From Escherichia phage KarlGJung: a DNA stretch of 64,000 bases. Each line of letters starts with the position of its first letter. The first letter of the stretch is position 1. The stretch lies in sequence record MZ501089. One strand, 5' to 3'. The notes below the pieces were generated by a model. The model saw only the letters and a list, made by a program, of their open reading frames with translations, had not been told where the DNA came from and did no database searches. This document shows positions 21,742 through 32,728 of the stretch, one piece after another. A program made the position numbers and the translations under genes.

Positions 21742-22395
21742 TTAATACTTGCAAGATTTCACAGTTTCAATGAAAACATTTTTAGCTTTCTGTGAATCAA
21801 TATTTAAAATTTTTCTATAAGCCTTTAACTTTATAGAATAATTATTCCAGACTAAATTATCAGTCTGTTCATCATGTTTATCAATTATATTTAAAAACGA
21901 ATCAAGCAAGATAAACGTTTCAAACGAAATTATATTCGATTGAAGTAGTTTAAAAATATAACTTGATTGAACTTTTGGATTATACTCAAAGATTTCTTTA
22001 AAAGCAGAAACTTCAACTTTCTTACTAAAATAATAAATGTTGCGAATATCTTCTTCAAACTTAAATTTAATTTGCTTTAAGCGTCCGATATATTCACGAT
22101 AAAACACAAGTGCATCAGCGTCAGAGATGTCGCCAATCCAAGCATCCTGGTTAGCAACAAGATTGCTTATAAAGATTAAAGCAAGTTCCTTTAATTTATA
22201 TTTTTCTGATAACTTCTGGAAAAAATACTTATCCCTTCGCTTTTGATAAGCGGCATCAGACACCCGCATGCACCAATTATACTTAATAACATCATACTTT
22301 CCATTCATATGTTGTTTTATCATTAAGTATAATTTATAAACTGATTTACCATCAATGTATCTTTCACCACCAGCAGGCATGCGGAGTTTAATCAT
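21742..22395 (-). CDS. 59: gp59 helicase loader
   Basis: 217-aa ORF between genes 33 and 32, matching T4 gp59 size and position. Confidence 0.85.
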   Translation of the reverse strand: MIKLRMPAGGERYIDGKSVYKLYLMIKQHMNGKYDVIKYNWCMRVSDAAYQKRRDKYFFQKLSEKYKLKELALIFISNLVANQDAWIGDISDADALVFYREYIGRLKQIKFKFEEDIRNIYYFSKKVEVSAFKEIFEYNPKVQSSYIFKLLQSNIISFETFILLDSFLNIIDKHDEQTDNLVWNNYSIKLKAYRKILNIDSQKAKNVFIETVKSCKY

Positions 22396-22730
22396 AGCAG
22401 AAAATCTAATGTATTAGTTTTTTCACAACGAACAACAGAAGGACGTAAAAGATTTTCGTCAATGGCTTCTGACTGAATTTTTTCAATTATACCCGAAGGA
22501 ATAAATTTAGCAAATTGAGTTTCAGGAATAGAGTTTTCTTCTAAGAATGCTGTTGTAGCTTCAAGATAACTCATTCCAAACTCTTCTACCATTTTTTCAA
22601 TAATAAATCCATTTTCTTGACGATCAAGAAGCTTTGCTATTTCATCCTTTTCTTTCTTGATTGAAAGTTCTTTTTCTGAAAGACCGGTCTCATCGACCGG
22701 ACGAATGTCATTTAGAGAAAACTGTGTCAT
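22392..22730 (-). CDS. 33: gp33 late-transcription co-activator
   Basis: 112 aa from the ATG (MTQFSLNDIRPVDETGL...); track start is 3 codons upstream; overlaps the dsbA 3' end. Confidence 0.8.
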   Translation of the reverse strand: MTQFSLNDIRPVDETGLSEKELSIKKEKDEIAKLLDRQENGFIIEKMVEEFGMSYLEATTAFLEENSIPETQFAKFIPSGIIEKIQSEAIDENLLRPSVVRCEKTNTLDFLL

Positions 22731-22977
22731 AAAGTTCAACTACCTCTTCAGTTTCAGCTTCAAACACATCACGGTTATCTTTATGATACAAAGCTAATAG
22801 ACGATTAAACATCTTACCATCAACGCCAAGTTCATCTTTGGCACGAATTCGAATATCTTTAATCAATTCATTATAACCGGAAATTTTCAGTTTATGATCA
22901 GATGCTTCTTTAATAAATTTAGCCAAGTCTTCGCCATGGATAGCTTCATCAAATTCAACCATTTCTTTTTTAGCCAT
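22708..22977 (-). CDS. dsbA: DsbA double-stranded DNA-binding protein
   Basis: 89-aa ORF (MAKKEMVEFDEAIHGEDLAKF...) between rnh and gene 33, as in T4. Confidence 0.8.
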   Translation of the reverse strand: MAKKEMVEFDEAIHGEDLAKFIKEASDHKLKISGYNELIKDIRIRAKDELGVDGKMFNRLLALYHKDNRDVFEAETEEVVELYDTVFSK

Positions 22978-22985
22978 TATTCACC

Positions 22986-23903
22986 TCAAAATTCATTAAT
23001 GCTATTAGTTAATTTAGAAAGACCCGCTTTTACAAAATATGAATAAATTTTGCCACGCGGTGGTAATTTATATGAATTATAGTAATTCACAATGTTTGAA
23101 GCAATATTATCAGGAATATAATCAAAATCAATTAGAACTAAATTTTCTTTATAACGATTATACTCAGATTCTGAGAGAAGCACCTTAGCTTGCTCACGGT
23201 CATTAGCAATAGCTTCAACGATTGAAGTTTTCATTGAAGGAGTTCGTTCACCTTCAACTCTGGTAAACCAAAAGTCAGATCGTACTTTAACTGAAGCAAC
23301 GTTATCCTTTTTGTCGCCTTTAAGGATTTTAGTCATACAGTCAATTTCAGCAGAACCACTTTTAATTTTAACCCATTTCTTATGCATCGGTGACCATTGC
23401 TTAACATTTGGATATTTGTGAAGCTGTGTAAAGTCACCATCCGACGAAATGATTAAAATCTTGTGTCCTTCTAAAGAGAACTTTTTAACAAGAACAGCAA
23501 TATGGTCATCTGCTTCATACTTATCAATATCCATAACAATGTATGGCATATAAGCTTTCAATTCATCTATAACTTTATGGCTGGATTCAAAATAACCTTC
23601 CCAGTCCCAAGTAGATTCTTCTCGTGCTTTTCCACGGTTTTTCTTATAATAATAAGCAAAATCACGACGCCAGTATCCAGATTTCGCGTTATCAATACAC
23701 AGCACAATTTTAGTGTATCCAAGCGTTTTTGCTTTTTTGACATTAAACTTAATTGAGTTCAATATCAAATGACGAACCATTGATAAATTAATTTTTTCTT
23801 TATCTGGGAAGTTTACCAGAGCAGTTGAAAGAGCAATTTGACTAAAGTCAATAAAGCAAATTCCTTCTTTGTAATCTTCATCCAGCATCATTTCTAAATC
23901 CAT
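22986..23903 (-). CDS. rnh: RNase H (FEN-type 5'-3' exonuclease)
   Basis: 305 aa from the ATG (MDLEMMLDEDYKEG...); FEN-like core; divergent from gene 34. Track start is TTG, 5 codons upstream. Confidence 0.9.
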   Translation of the reverse strand: MDLEMMLDEDYKEGICFIDFSQIALSTALVNFPDKEKINLSMVRHLILNSIKFNVKKAKTLGYTKIVLCIDNAKSGYWRRDFAYYYKKNRGKAREESTWDWEGYFESSHKVIDELKAYMPYIVMDIDKYEADDHIAVLVKKFSLEGHKILIISSDGDFTQLHKYPNVKQWSPMHKKWVKIKSGSAEIDCMTKILKGDKKDNVASVKVRSDFWFTRVEGERTPSMKTSIVEAIANDREQAKVLLSESEYNRYKENLVLIDFDYIPDNIASNIVNYYNSYKLPPRGKIYSYFVKAGLSKLTNSINEF

Positions 23904-23965
23904 ATGAACCTCGTTCAATTAGTGAGATTTCTATTATATACTATCTAAATCTTAAAGTAAACAGG

Positions 23966-23973
23966 TATAAATA
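23966..23973 (+). promoter_or_regulatory. late promoter (TATAAATA) for gene 34
   Basis: Exact TATAAATA about 35 nt upstream of the gene 34 ATG, followed by AGGAG Shine-Dalgarno. Confidence 0.65.
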
Positions 23974-24007
23974 CTTATTATTGAAAACACAATAGGAGCC
24001 CGGGAGA

Positions 24008-27000
24008 ATGGCCGAGATTAAAAGAAAGTTCAGAGCAGAAGATGGTCTGGACGCAGGTGGCGATAAAATAATCAACGTAGCTTTAGCTGATCGTACCGTA
24101 GGAACTGACGGTGTTAACGTTGATTACTTAATTCAAGAAAACACAGTTCAGCAATATGACCCAACTCGTGGATATTTAAAAGATTTTGTAATCATTTATA
24201 ATAATCGTTTTTGGGCAGCAACGGATAATATTCCAAAACCTGCTGGAAATTTTAATAGAATTCGTTGGAAAGCATTACGTACTGATGCCGTATATACAAC
24301 CGTATCATCTGGACCATATCAATTAAAATCCGGAGAAGCAATTTCAGTAGATACATCAGTTGGCAATGACATTGAGTTTACTTTACCACCTTCTCCGCTT
24401 GATGGAGAAACCGTAATAATTCAAGATATCGGTGGAAAACCTGGCATAAATCAGGTTAAAATAAATTCTTCAAATCAGAGTATTGTCAATTTTAGAGGTG
24501 AACAGGTACGTTCAGTTTTAATGACTCATCCAAAGTCACAGATGGTATTCATTTTTAATAATCGTTTGTGGCAAATGTATATTGCTGATTATAGCAGAGA
24601 AGCTGCGATTGTTACTCCATCGACTGCATATCAAGCACAATCTAATGATTTTATCGTACGTAGATTTACTTCTGCTGCACCAATTAATGTTAAACTTCCG
24701 AGATTTGCTAATCATGGCGATATTATTAATTTCGTTGATTTAGATAAACTGAATCCACTTTATCATACAATTGTTACTACATACGATGAAACGACTTCAG
24801 TACAAGAAGTTGGAACTCATTCCATTGAAGGCCGTACATCGATTGACGGTTTCTTGATGTTTGACGATAATGAGAAATTGTGGAGATTGTTTGACGGGGA
24901 TAGTAAAGCACGTTTACGCATTATAACAACTAATTCAAATATTCGTCCAAATGAAGAAGTCATGGTATTTGGCGCGAATAATGGAACAACCCAAACAATT
25001 GAACTTCAGCTTCCGACTGATATTTCTGTTGGTGATACTGTTAAAATTTCCATGAATTACATGAGAAAAGGACAAACAGTTAAAATCAAAGCTGCTGGTG
25101 AAGATAAAATTGCTTCTTCAGTTCAATTGCTGCAATTCCCAAAACGTTCAGAATATCCGCCTGAAGCTGAATGGGTAACAGTTCAAGAATTAGTTTTTAA
25201 CGGTGAAACTAATTATGTACCAGTTTTGCAACTTGCTTATATAGAAGATTCTGATGGAAAATACTGGGTTGTACAGCAAAACGTTCCAACAGTTGAAAGA
25301 GTCGATTCTTTAAATAATTCTACTAGAGCAAGATTAGGCGTAATTGCTTTAGCTACACAAGCTCAAGCAAATGCTGATTTAGAAAATTCTCCGCAAAAAG
25401 AATTGGCAATTACTCCAGAAACGTTAGCTAATCGTACTGCTACAGAAACTCGCAGAGGTATTGCAAGAATAGCAACTACTGCTCAAGTGAATCAGAACAC
25501 CACATTCTCTTTTGCAGATGACCTTATCATCACTCCTAAAAAGCTGAATGAAAGAACTGCTACAGAAACTCGCAGAGGTGTCGCTGAAATTGCTACGCAG
25601 CAGGAAACTAATACAGGTACTGATGATACTACAATCATCACTCCTAAAAAGCTTCAAGCTCGTCAAGGTTCTGAAACATTATCGGGTATTGTAACTTTTG
25701 TATCTACCGCAGGAGCTACTCCAGCTTCTAGTCGTGAATTAAATGGTACGAATGTTTATAATAAAAACACTAATAATTTAGTTGTTTCACCTAAAGCTTT
25801 GGATCAGTATAAAGCTACTCCAACGCAACAAGGCGCAGTAATTTTAGCAGTTGAAAGTGAAGTAATTGCTGGACAAAGCCAAGAAGGATGGGCAAATGCG
25901 GTTGTAACGCCAGAAACGTTACATAAAAAGACATCAACTGATGGAAGAATTGGTTTAATTGAAATTGCTACGCAAAGTGAAGTTAATACAGGAACTGACT
26001 ATACTCGTGCAGTCACTCCTAAAACTTTAAATGACCGTAGAGCAACTGAAAGTTTAAGTGGTATAGCTGAAATTGCTACACAGGTTGAATTCGACGCAGG
26101 CGTCGACGATACTCGTATCTCTACACCATTAAAAATTAAAACCAGATTTAATAGTACTGATCGTACTTCTGTTGTTGCTCTATCTGGATTAGTTGAATCA
26201 GGAACTCTCTGGGACCATTATACCCTTAATATTCTTGAAGCAAATGAGACACAGCGTGGTACACTTCGTGTAGCTACACAAGTTGAAGCTGCTGCAGGAA
26301 CATTAGATAATGTTTTAATAACTCCTAAAAAGCTTTTAGGTACTAAATCTACCGAATCGCAAGAAGGTGTTATTAAAGTTGCAACTCAGTCTGAAACTGT
26401 GACTGGAACGTCAGCAAATACTGCTGTATCTCCAAAAAATTTAAAATGGATTGTGCAGAGTGAACCAACTTGGGCAGCAACTACTCTGATAAGAGGGTTT
26501 GTTAAAACTTCTTCTGGTTCATTAACGTTTGTTGGTAATGATACGGTAGGTTCAACACAGCCATTAGAATCATATGAGAAAAATGGTTATGCAGTATCAC
26601 CATATGAATTAAATCGCGTATTAGCAAATTATTTGCCATTAAAAGCAAAAGCTGTAGATAGTAATTTATTAGATGGTCTAGATTCGCTCCAGTTCATTCG
26701 TAGGGACATTGCACAAACAGTTAATGGTTCACTAACCTTAACCCAACAAACGAATCTGAGTGCCCCTCTTGTATCATCTAGTACTGCTACATTCGGTGGA
26801 TCAGTTTCAGCAAATAGTACATTAACTATTTCTAATACTGGAACGGCAACTCGTCTGATTTTTGAGAAAGGACCTCAAACTGGAACAAACCCGGCTCAAA
26901 CGATGACAGTCAGAGTGTGGGGAAATCAATTTAGTGGGGAATCAGACACAACACGTTCTACCGTATTTGAAGTTAGTGATGAAACGTCTAGTCATTTTTA

Positions 27001-27877
27001 TTCTCAGCGTAATAAAGCTGGAAATATAACATTTAATATCAACGGTACAGTAACACCGATAAATGTTAATGCTTCAGGAACATTGAATGCGAATGGCGTT
27101 GCTACATTTGGTAATTCAGTCACTGCAACTGGTGAAATTATTTCTCGAAGCGCAAATGCTTTCCGTGCTATTAATGGAAATTATGGTTTCATTATTCGTA
27201 ATGACGGGTCAGTAACGAATTTTATGCTTACTGCATCGGGTGATCAAACTGGCGGATTTAATGGATTGCGTCCTTTAGCTATTAATAATGCATCTGGCCA
27301 AGTAACGATTGGTGAAAGCTTAATCATTGCAAAAGGTGCTACTATAAGTTCGGGTGGTTTGACTGTTAACTCGAGAATTCGTTCTCAGGGTACTAAAACC
27401 TCTGATTTATATACCCGTGCGCCAACATCTGATACAGTAGGATTCTGGTCAATCGATATTAATGATTCAGCCACTTATAACCAGTTCCCGGGTTATTTTA
27501 AAATGGTTGAAAAAACTAATGAAGTGACTGGACTTCCATACTTAGAACGTGGTGAAGAAGTTAAATCTCCTGGTACATTGACTCAGTTTGGTAACACACT
27601 TGATTCACTTTACCAAGATTGGATTACTTATCCAACGACCCCAGAAGCACGTACCACTCGCTGGACACGTACATGGCAGAAAACCAAAAACTCTTGGTCA
27701 AGTTTTGTTCAGGTATTTGACGGAGGTAACCCTCCTCAACCTTCAGATATAGGAGCGATCCCATCTGATAATGGAATAATAGGTAATCTTACTATTCGCG
27801 ATTTCTTGCGAATTGGTAATGTTCGCATTATTCCTGACCCGGTGAATAAAACTGTTAAATTTGAGTGGATTGAATAA
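24008..27877 (+). CDS. 34: gp34 long tail fiber proximal subunit
   Basis: 1289 aa; internal repeats of the type TPxxLxxRxATETRRG(I/V)AxIATxxE (six or more copies); late promoter upstream. Confidence 0.95.
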   Translation: MAEIKRKFRAEDGLDAGGDKIINVALADRTVGTDGVNVDYLIQENTVQQYDPTRGYLKDFVIIYNNRFWAATDNIPKPAGNFNRIRWKALRTDAVYTTVSSGPYQLKSGEAISVDTSVGNDIEFTLPPSPLDGETVIIQDIGGKPGINQVKINSSNQSIVNFRGEQVRSVLMTHPKSQMVFIFNNRLWQMYIADYSREAAIVTPSTAYQAQSNDFIVRRFTSAAPINVKLPRFANHGDIINFVDLDKLNPLYHTIVTTYDETTSVQEVGTHSIEGRTSIDGFLMFDDNEKLWRLFDGDSKARLRIITTNSNIRPNEEVMVFGANNGTTQTIELQLPTDISVGDTVKISMNYMRKGQTVKIKAAGEDKIASSVQLLQFPKRSEYPPEAEWVTVQELVFNGETNYVPVLQLAYIEDSDGKYWVVQQNVPTVERVDSLNNSTRARLGVIALATQAQANADLENSPQKELAITPETLANRTATETRRGIARIATTAQVNQNTTFSFADDLIITPKKLNERTATETRRGVAEIATQQETNTGTDDTTIITPKKLQARQGSETLSGIVTFVSTAGATPASSRELNGTNVYNKNTNNLVVSPKALDQYKATPTQQGAVILAVESEVIAGQSQEGWANAVVTPETLHKKTSTDGRIGLIEIATQSEVNTGTDYTRAVTPKTLNDRRATESLSGIAEIATQVEFDAGVDDTRISTPLKIKTRFNSTDRTSVVALSGLVESGTLWDHYTLNILEANETQRGTLRVATQVEAAAGTLDNVLITPKKLLGTKSTESQEGVIKVATQSETVTGTSANTAVSPKNLKWIVQSEPTWAATTLIRGFVKTSSGSLTFVGNDTVGSTQPLESYEKNGYAVSPYELNRVLANYLPLKAKAVDSNLLDGLDSLQFIRRDIAQTVNGSLTLTQQTNLSAPLVSSSTATFGGSVSANSTLTISNTGTATRLIFEKGPQTGTNPAQTMTVRVWGNQFSGESDTTRSTVFEVSDETSSHFYSQRNKAGNITFNINGTVTPINVNASGTLNANGVATFGNSVTATGEIISRSANAFRAINGNYGFIIRNDGSVTNFMLTASGDQTGGFNGLRPLAINNASGQVTIGESLIIAKGATISSGGLTVNSRIRSQGTKTSDLYTRAPTSDTVGFWSIDINDSATYNQFPGYFKMVEKTNEVTGLPYLERGEEVKSPGTLTQFGNTLDSLYQDWITYPTTPEARTTRWTRTWQKTKNSWSSFVQVFDGGNPPQPSDIGAIPSDNGIIGNLTIRDFLRIGNVRIIPDPVNKTVKFEWIE

Positions 27878-27885
27878 GAGGTATT

Positions 27886-29001
27886 ATGGAAAAATTTATG
27901 GCAGAGTTTGGACAAGGATATGTCCAAACGCCATTTTTATCGGAAAGCAATTCAGTAAGATATAAAATAAGCATAGCGGGTTCTTGCCCGCTTTCTACTG
28001 CGGGGCCATATGTTAAATTTCAGGATAATCCCGTTGGAAATCAAACATTTAGTGCAGGTCTTCATTTAAGAGTTTTTGACCCTTCTACGGGAGCATTAGT
28101 TGATAGCAAGTCATATGCTTTTTCTGCTTCAAACAATACAACATCTGCCGCTTTTGTCAGTTTCATGAATTCTTTGTCAAACAATAGACTTGTTGCTATA
28201 TTAACTAGCGGAAAGGTTAATTTTCCTCCTGAAGTGGTATCTTGGTTAAGGGGAGCAGGAACTTCAGTTTTTCCATCAGATTCAGTATTGTCAAGATTTG
28301 ACGTGTCATATGCTGCTTTTTATACTTCTTCTAAAAGAGCTATTGCATTAGAGCATGTTAAACTAAGTAATAGAAAAAGCACAGATGATTATCAAACTAT
28401 TTTAGATGTTGTATTTGATAGTTTAGAAGACGTCGGAGCTACAGGATTTCCTAAAAGAACATACGAAAGCGTTGAGCAATTTATGTCTGCGGTTGGAGGA
28501 ACTAATAATGAAATTGCGCGATTGCCAACTTCAGCTGCTATAAGTAAACTTTCTGACTACAATTTAATTCCTGGTGATGTTCTTTATCTTAAAGCACAAC
28601 TATATGCTGATGCTGATTTACTTGATCTTGGAACTACAAATATATCTATTCGTTTTTATGATGCATCAAATGGATATATTTCCTCGACCCAAGCTGAGTT
28701 TACTGGGCAAGCTGGGTCTTGGGAATTAAAAGAAGATTATGTAGTTGTTCCTGAAAATGCAGTAGGATTTACGATATATGCACAAAGAACTGCCCAAGCA
28801 GGTCAAGGCGGCATGAGAAATTTAAGTTTTTCTGAAGTATCAAGAAATGGCGGCATTTCAAAACCTGCCGAATTTGGCGTCAACGGTATTCGCGTTAATT
28901 ATGTCTGTGAATCGGCTTCACCTCCAGATATAATGGTACTTCCTACACAAGCCTCTTCTAAAACTGGCAAAGTGTTTGGGCAAGAATTTAGAGAAGTTTA
29001 A
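27886..29001 (+). CDS. 35: gp35 long tail fiber hinge connector
   Basis: 371-aa ORF immediately after gene 34; T4 gp35-like size and position. Confidence 0.85.
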   Translation: MEKFMAEFGQGYVQTPFLSESNSVRYKISIAGSCPLSTAGPYVKFQDNPVGNQTFSAGLHLRVFDPSTGALVDSKSYAFSASNNTTSAAFVSFMNSLSNNRLVAILTSGKVNFPPEVVSWLRGAGTSVFPSDSVLSRFDVSYAAFYTSSKRAIALEHVKLSNRKSTDDYQTILDVVFDSLEDVGATGFPKRTYESVEQFMSAVGGTNNEIARLPTSAAISKLSDYNLIPGDVLYLKAQLYADADLLDLGTTNISIRFYDASNGYISSTQAEFTGQAGSWELKEDYVVVPENAVGFTIYAQRTAQAGQGGMRNLSFSEVSRNGGISKPAEFGVNGIRVNYVCESASPPDIMVLPTQASSKTGKVFGQEFREV

Positions 29002-29004
29002 ACT

Positions 29005-29030
29005 GAGGGAGCCTTCGGGTTCCCTTTTTC
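29005..29030 (+). terminator. Rho-independent terminator after gene 35
   Basis: Plus-sense GGGAGCC-UUCG-GGUUCCC followed by UUUUUC. Confidence 0.55.
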
Positions 29031-29032
29031 TT

Positions 29033-29040
29033 TATAAATA
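29033..29040 (+). promoter_or_regulatory. late promoter (TATAAATA) for gene 36
   Basis: Exact TATAAATA 24 nt upstream of the gene 36 ATG, just after the gene 35 terminator hairpin. Confidence 0.65.
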
Positions 29041-29063
29041 ATATTAAAATAAAGGGGCATATA

Positions 29064-29714
29064 ATGGCTGATTTAAAAGTAGGTTCAACTGTAGGTGGAT
29101 CTGTCATTTGGCATCAAGGAAATTTTCCATTGAATTCAGCCGGTGACGATGTACTCTACAAATCATTTAAAATATATTCAGAATATAATAAACCACAGGC
29201 AGCTGATAACGATTTCGTTTCTAAAGCTAATGGTGGTACTTACACCGGTCCAATTACTATTAATTACGGGGTAAATAGTTATCTTCAATTAAGTAATAAT
29301 GAAACCCCCATTCGAATTCGTTCTGGTGGCGGTACCGGTAATACTCTTGTAGTTGGCGGCTCTTCCGGCGGTATTAGTTTTAGACCTGCAGGTAGTGAAA
29401 TCACTACTGGACAAATTACGATTACGCCAGAAGGTTTGACAACATTTACCAAAGCTGTAACGGCTCCATCTGTAACTGTTACATCTACTCCTTCCGCAGC
29501 ATCTGATGTTACTCGTAAAGATTATGTTGATGGAGCAATAAATACTGTTACAGCAAATGCAAACTCTAGGGTATTACGCTCTGGAGACACTATGACAGGA
29601 AATTTAACTGCGCCAAACCTTTTTTCACAGAATCCTGCATCTCAACCTTCACACGTTCCACGATTTGACCAAATCGTAATGAAGGATTCTGTTCAAGATT
29701 TCGGCTATTATTAA
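29064..29714 (+). CDS. 36: gp36 long tail fiber distal connector
   Basis: 216 aa, [24 protein letters not shown]...; late promoter TATAAATA upstream. Confidence 0.85.
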   Translation: MADLKVGSTVGGSVIWHQGNFPLNSAGDDVLYKSFKIYSEYNKPQAADNDFVSKANGGTYTGPITINYGVNSYLQLSNNETPIRIRSGGGTGNTLVVGGSSGGISFRPAGSEITTGQITITPEGLTTFTKAVTAPSVTVTSTPSAASDVTRKDYVDGAINTVTANANSRVLRSGDTMTGNLTAPNLFSQNPASQPSHVPRFDQIVMKDSVQDFGYY

Positions 29715-29722
29715 GAGGACTT

Positions 29723-32692
29723 ATGGCTACTTTAAAACAAATACAATTTAAAAGAAGCAAAACCGCAGGTCAACGTCCTGCTGCTTCAGTATTAGCCGAA
29801 GGTGAATTGGCTATAAACTTAAAAGATAAAACAATTTTCACAAAAGATGACTCAGGTAGTGTTATAGAATTAGGTTTAAAATATGGAGGAACTATAAATG
29901 GGTCTTTAGAGGTTACAGAAAATATAACTGGAACTTTAATTGGAAATTCTAGCACAGCTACTAAATTGCAAACACCTAGGAAAATTAATGGTATATCTTT
30001 TGATGGGTCAAAAGATATCACGCTAACTCCATCTGACATAAATGTCAATAGCACAACATTTATAAAAAATAATGGCGAATTACCTACTGATGCTAATTTA
30101 GATACGTATGGGCCCATTGAAGAATATCTTGGTGTTTGGTCGAAATCTACTTCAACAAATGCGCAACCAGCAAATAAATTCCCAGAAGAAAATGCCGTAG
30201 GTGTACTAGAAGTATTTGTGGCCGGCCAATTTGCTGGCACTCAGCGTTATACTGTAAGATCTGGTAACGTCTATATTCGTTCCTTATCTGCTAAATGGAA
30301 TGGCGTCGATGGTCCATGGGGTGTGTGGCGTAATGTTCAAGCGTCAACTCGTCCACTTTCACAAACGATTGACCTTGATAGCTTGGGAGAATTAGAACAT
30401 TGTGGCTTATGGAGAAACAGTTCAAGCGCAATCGCATCATTTGATCGCCATTATCCAGAAGAAGGATCAGCCGCACAAGGATTTTTAGAAATATTTGAAG
30501 GTGGTTTATACGCAAGAACGCAGCGTTATACTACCCGCATGGGTATGGTTTATACTCGTTGTCTCGCTGCTGCATGGGATGCTAGTGCACCTAAGTGGGA
30601 GGAATGGAAGCAGGTTGGTCATGGCACACCAGCGACTTTCTATGATGGAGATCTGAATGATTTTAAAACTCCTGGGTTATATAACATTTTAGGCACTGAT
30701 GCCGTTATTAACTGTCCTACTGGTGAAGGTTTACCAGCCGTTATTGTTGGTTTGCTGGAAGTTAAACAGCGTGCTTCTGGTGGTGCTATTTTCCAAAAAT
30801 TTACTACTGCCGGAACGGGTGCAACTACTCGCGATCGTATTTTTGAGCGTGCATATACTGGTGGTGCGTGGGGCGCATGGAACGAAGTATATACATCTTA
30901 TTCTCTTCCAATTACTTTGGGTATGGGTGGTATTAAAGCTCAATTAGCGGAGTTAGATTGGCAAACCTTTGATTTTGTTCCTGGTAGTATGTTTAGCGTT
31001 CCTTTGAACAAAATAAAGAACATGCCAGCAAATATGGATTGGGGGACGATTGACGGAAACTTGGTTATGTTTTCCGTTGGTCCTAGCGAACACACTGGCA
31101 CAGGGCGTACTGTTCAAGTGTGGCGCGGTACTGTATCTCAGGCGAACTATCGTTATTTCGTTGTTCGTATCGCTGGTAATCCAGGAAGTAGGACTAATAC
31201 TTGTCGTCGTGTTGTTGTGGAAGATGGTCGCCACACATGGACAGCACAGCAAGATTTTAATGGTGCTGTCAACTTTGGTGGTTCGACAACTTTTAAGTCC
31301 ACTACAACTTTTAACACAGAAGTTAAATTCCGTTCATCCAATGCATTTAAAATGTATGGCGGTAATTTTGGCACAATTTTCCGTAATGATGGTGAAAGTC
31401 TTTATATTCTTTCCACCGACGAAAATGATCAAGATGGAAACTTTAATACAAATAGACCTTTCCGCTATCAATTAAAAACTGGCGATGTTACTTTGGGTGG
31501 CACTAGCGGTGCTAACGCTTTAGTATTAAAAGGCGGTTCTCTTGCTGCTACCTTTAGCGGTGATGTTAATTTAAGTAAAGGTACGCTGACGTTTGAAGCG
31601 GGTGGTAAGCAATCACGCGATTATTTCCGGTTTAATCATTGGGGTGATAGCAATAACGCTCGTGATAACATTATTCAGTTAGAAGATAGTAAAGGCGCTC
31701 ATTTTTCCACTGAACGTACTTTAGCGACGGGTGCAATTAAAACTAAGTTCTTTGGTGAAGTTGAATCCGATGGTCGATTGACTATTAAACGTCCTGGTGA
31801 TTCTATTGTATTATCAACAACTGCTGGTAATGCTTTGCATATTCGTGGTGACATAGACGGGACTGGTAACTGGTATATTGGTAAGGGTGGTGCTGATAAT
31901 TCGCTAGCATTTTATAGCTATGCTTCTCAGGCGGCAGTACATATCACAAACAATGGTGAGATTGCGTTAAACCCGCAAAATACCGCAATGGTTAACGTTA
32001 ACCGTGACCGTGTACGCATTAACGGTTCTGGATGGATTGCTAGACAACCGGGTGATTGGGGCAACCAATGGCGAGTAGAAGCTCCATTATTCGTTGATCA
32101 TGGTTATGTTTCACAGGATTGTTATTATCCTATTCTTAAAGCAAGAAGCGTTATAACCAATCAAGGATATAGCACCGCTGTTGACTTTGGTATGCGTCGT
32201 ATTCCATCACAGTGGGGGCAAGCAATCATTCGTGTCGGATCCACGGAGGCTTCTCCTGATGCTGGACACCCACAAGCTGTGTTTGAATTCCATCATGATG
32301 GATTCTTTTATACACCAGGAAATGGTAGCTTTAGCGATGTGTATATTCGTTCTGACTCCCGTCTCAAGATTAATAAAGAAGAATTAGAATATGGAGCGGT
32401 CGAAAAAGTTTGCCGACTGAAAGTTTATATTTACGATAAAGTTAAGTCTATTAAAGACCGTAGTGTTATTAAACGTGAAGTTGGTATTATTGCTCAGGAC
32501 CTTGAAAAGGAATTACCGGAAGCTGTATCTAAAGTTGAAGTTGATGGATCTGATGTTCTGACAATTTCTAACTCTGCTGTGAATGCTCTTTTAATTAAGG
32601 CTATTCAGGAAATGAGTGAAGAAATTAAAGAATTGAAAACGCCTCTCTTTACTAAAATTGCTCGCAAAATTAGTAAATATTTTAAATTCTAA
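29723..32692 (+). CDS. 37: gp37 long tail fiber distal subunit with C-terminal chaperone-like domain
   Basis: 989 aa; N-terminal region similar to gp36/gp34 N-termini; C-terminal roughly 115 aa begins at an SDSRLK motif followed by predicted helical segments. Confidence 0.9.
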   Translation: MATLKQIQFKRSKTAGQRPAASVLAEGELAINLKDKTIFTKDDSGSVIELGLKYGGTINGSLEVTENITGTLIGNSSTATKLQTPRKINGISFDGSKDITLTPSDINVNSTTFIKNNGELPTDANLDTYGPIEEYLGVWSKSTSTNAQPANKFPEENAVGVLEVFVAGQFAGTQRYTVRSGNVYIRSLSAKWNGVDGPWGVWRNVQASTRPLSQTIDLDSLGELEHCGLWRNSSSAIASFDRHYPEEGSAAQGFLEIFEGGLYARTQRYTTRMGMVYTRCLAAAWDASAPKWEEWKQVGHGTPATFYDGDLNDFKTPGLYNILGTDAVINCPTGEGLPAVIVGLLEVKQRASGGAIFQKFTTAGTGATTRDRIFERAYTGGAWGAWNEVYTSYSLPITLGMGGIKAQLAELDWQTFDFVPGSMFSVPLNKIKNMPANMDWGTIDGNLVMFSVGPSEHTGTGRTVQVWRGTVSQANYRYFVVRIAGNPGSRTNTCRRVVVEDGRHTWTAQQDFNGAVNFGGSTTFKSTTTFNTEVKFRSSNAFKMYGGNFGTIFRNDGESLYILSTDENDQDGNFNTNRPFRYQLKTGDVTLGGTSGANALVLKGGSLAATFSGDVNLSKGTLTFEAGGKQSRDYFRFNHWGDSNNARDNIIQLEDSKGAHFSTERTLATGAIKTKFFGEVESDGRLTIKRPGDSIVLSTTAGNALHIRGDIDGTGNWYIGKGGADNSLAFYSYASQAAVHITNNGEIALNPQNTAMVNVNRDRVRINGSGWIARQPGDWGNQWRVEAPLFVDHGYVSQDCYYPILKARSVITNQGYSTAVDFGMRRIPSQWGQAIIRVGSTEASPDAGHPQAVFEFHHDGFFYTPGNGSFSDVYIRSDSRLKINKEELEYGAVEKVCRLKVYIYDKVKSIKDRSVIKREVGIIAQDLEKELPEAVSKVEVDGSDVLTISNSAVNALLIKAIQEMSEEIKELKTPLFTKIARKISKYFKF

Positions 32693-32728
32693 CAACAAGG
32701 GGGAAATGCCCCCTTTGGAGTATAAATT

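Noticed and set aside
25424-25666. Antisense ORF inside gene 34 (80 aa), and similar ORF-track entries inside genes 37, 32, nrdA, rIIA and 39
   Set aside because: They lie antisense within strongly supported genes, lack ribosome-binding sites, and have low-complexity composition; treated as frame artefacts.
32714-32728. TATAAATT immediately before the gene 38 ATG as a late promoter
   Set aside because: One mismatch to TATAAATA and too close to the start codon to leave a leader containing the GGAG ribosome-binding site.
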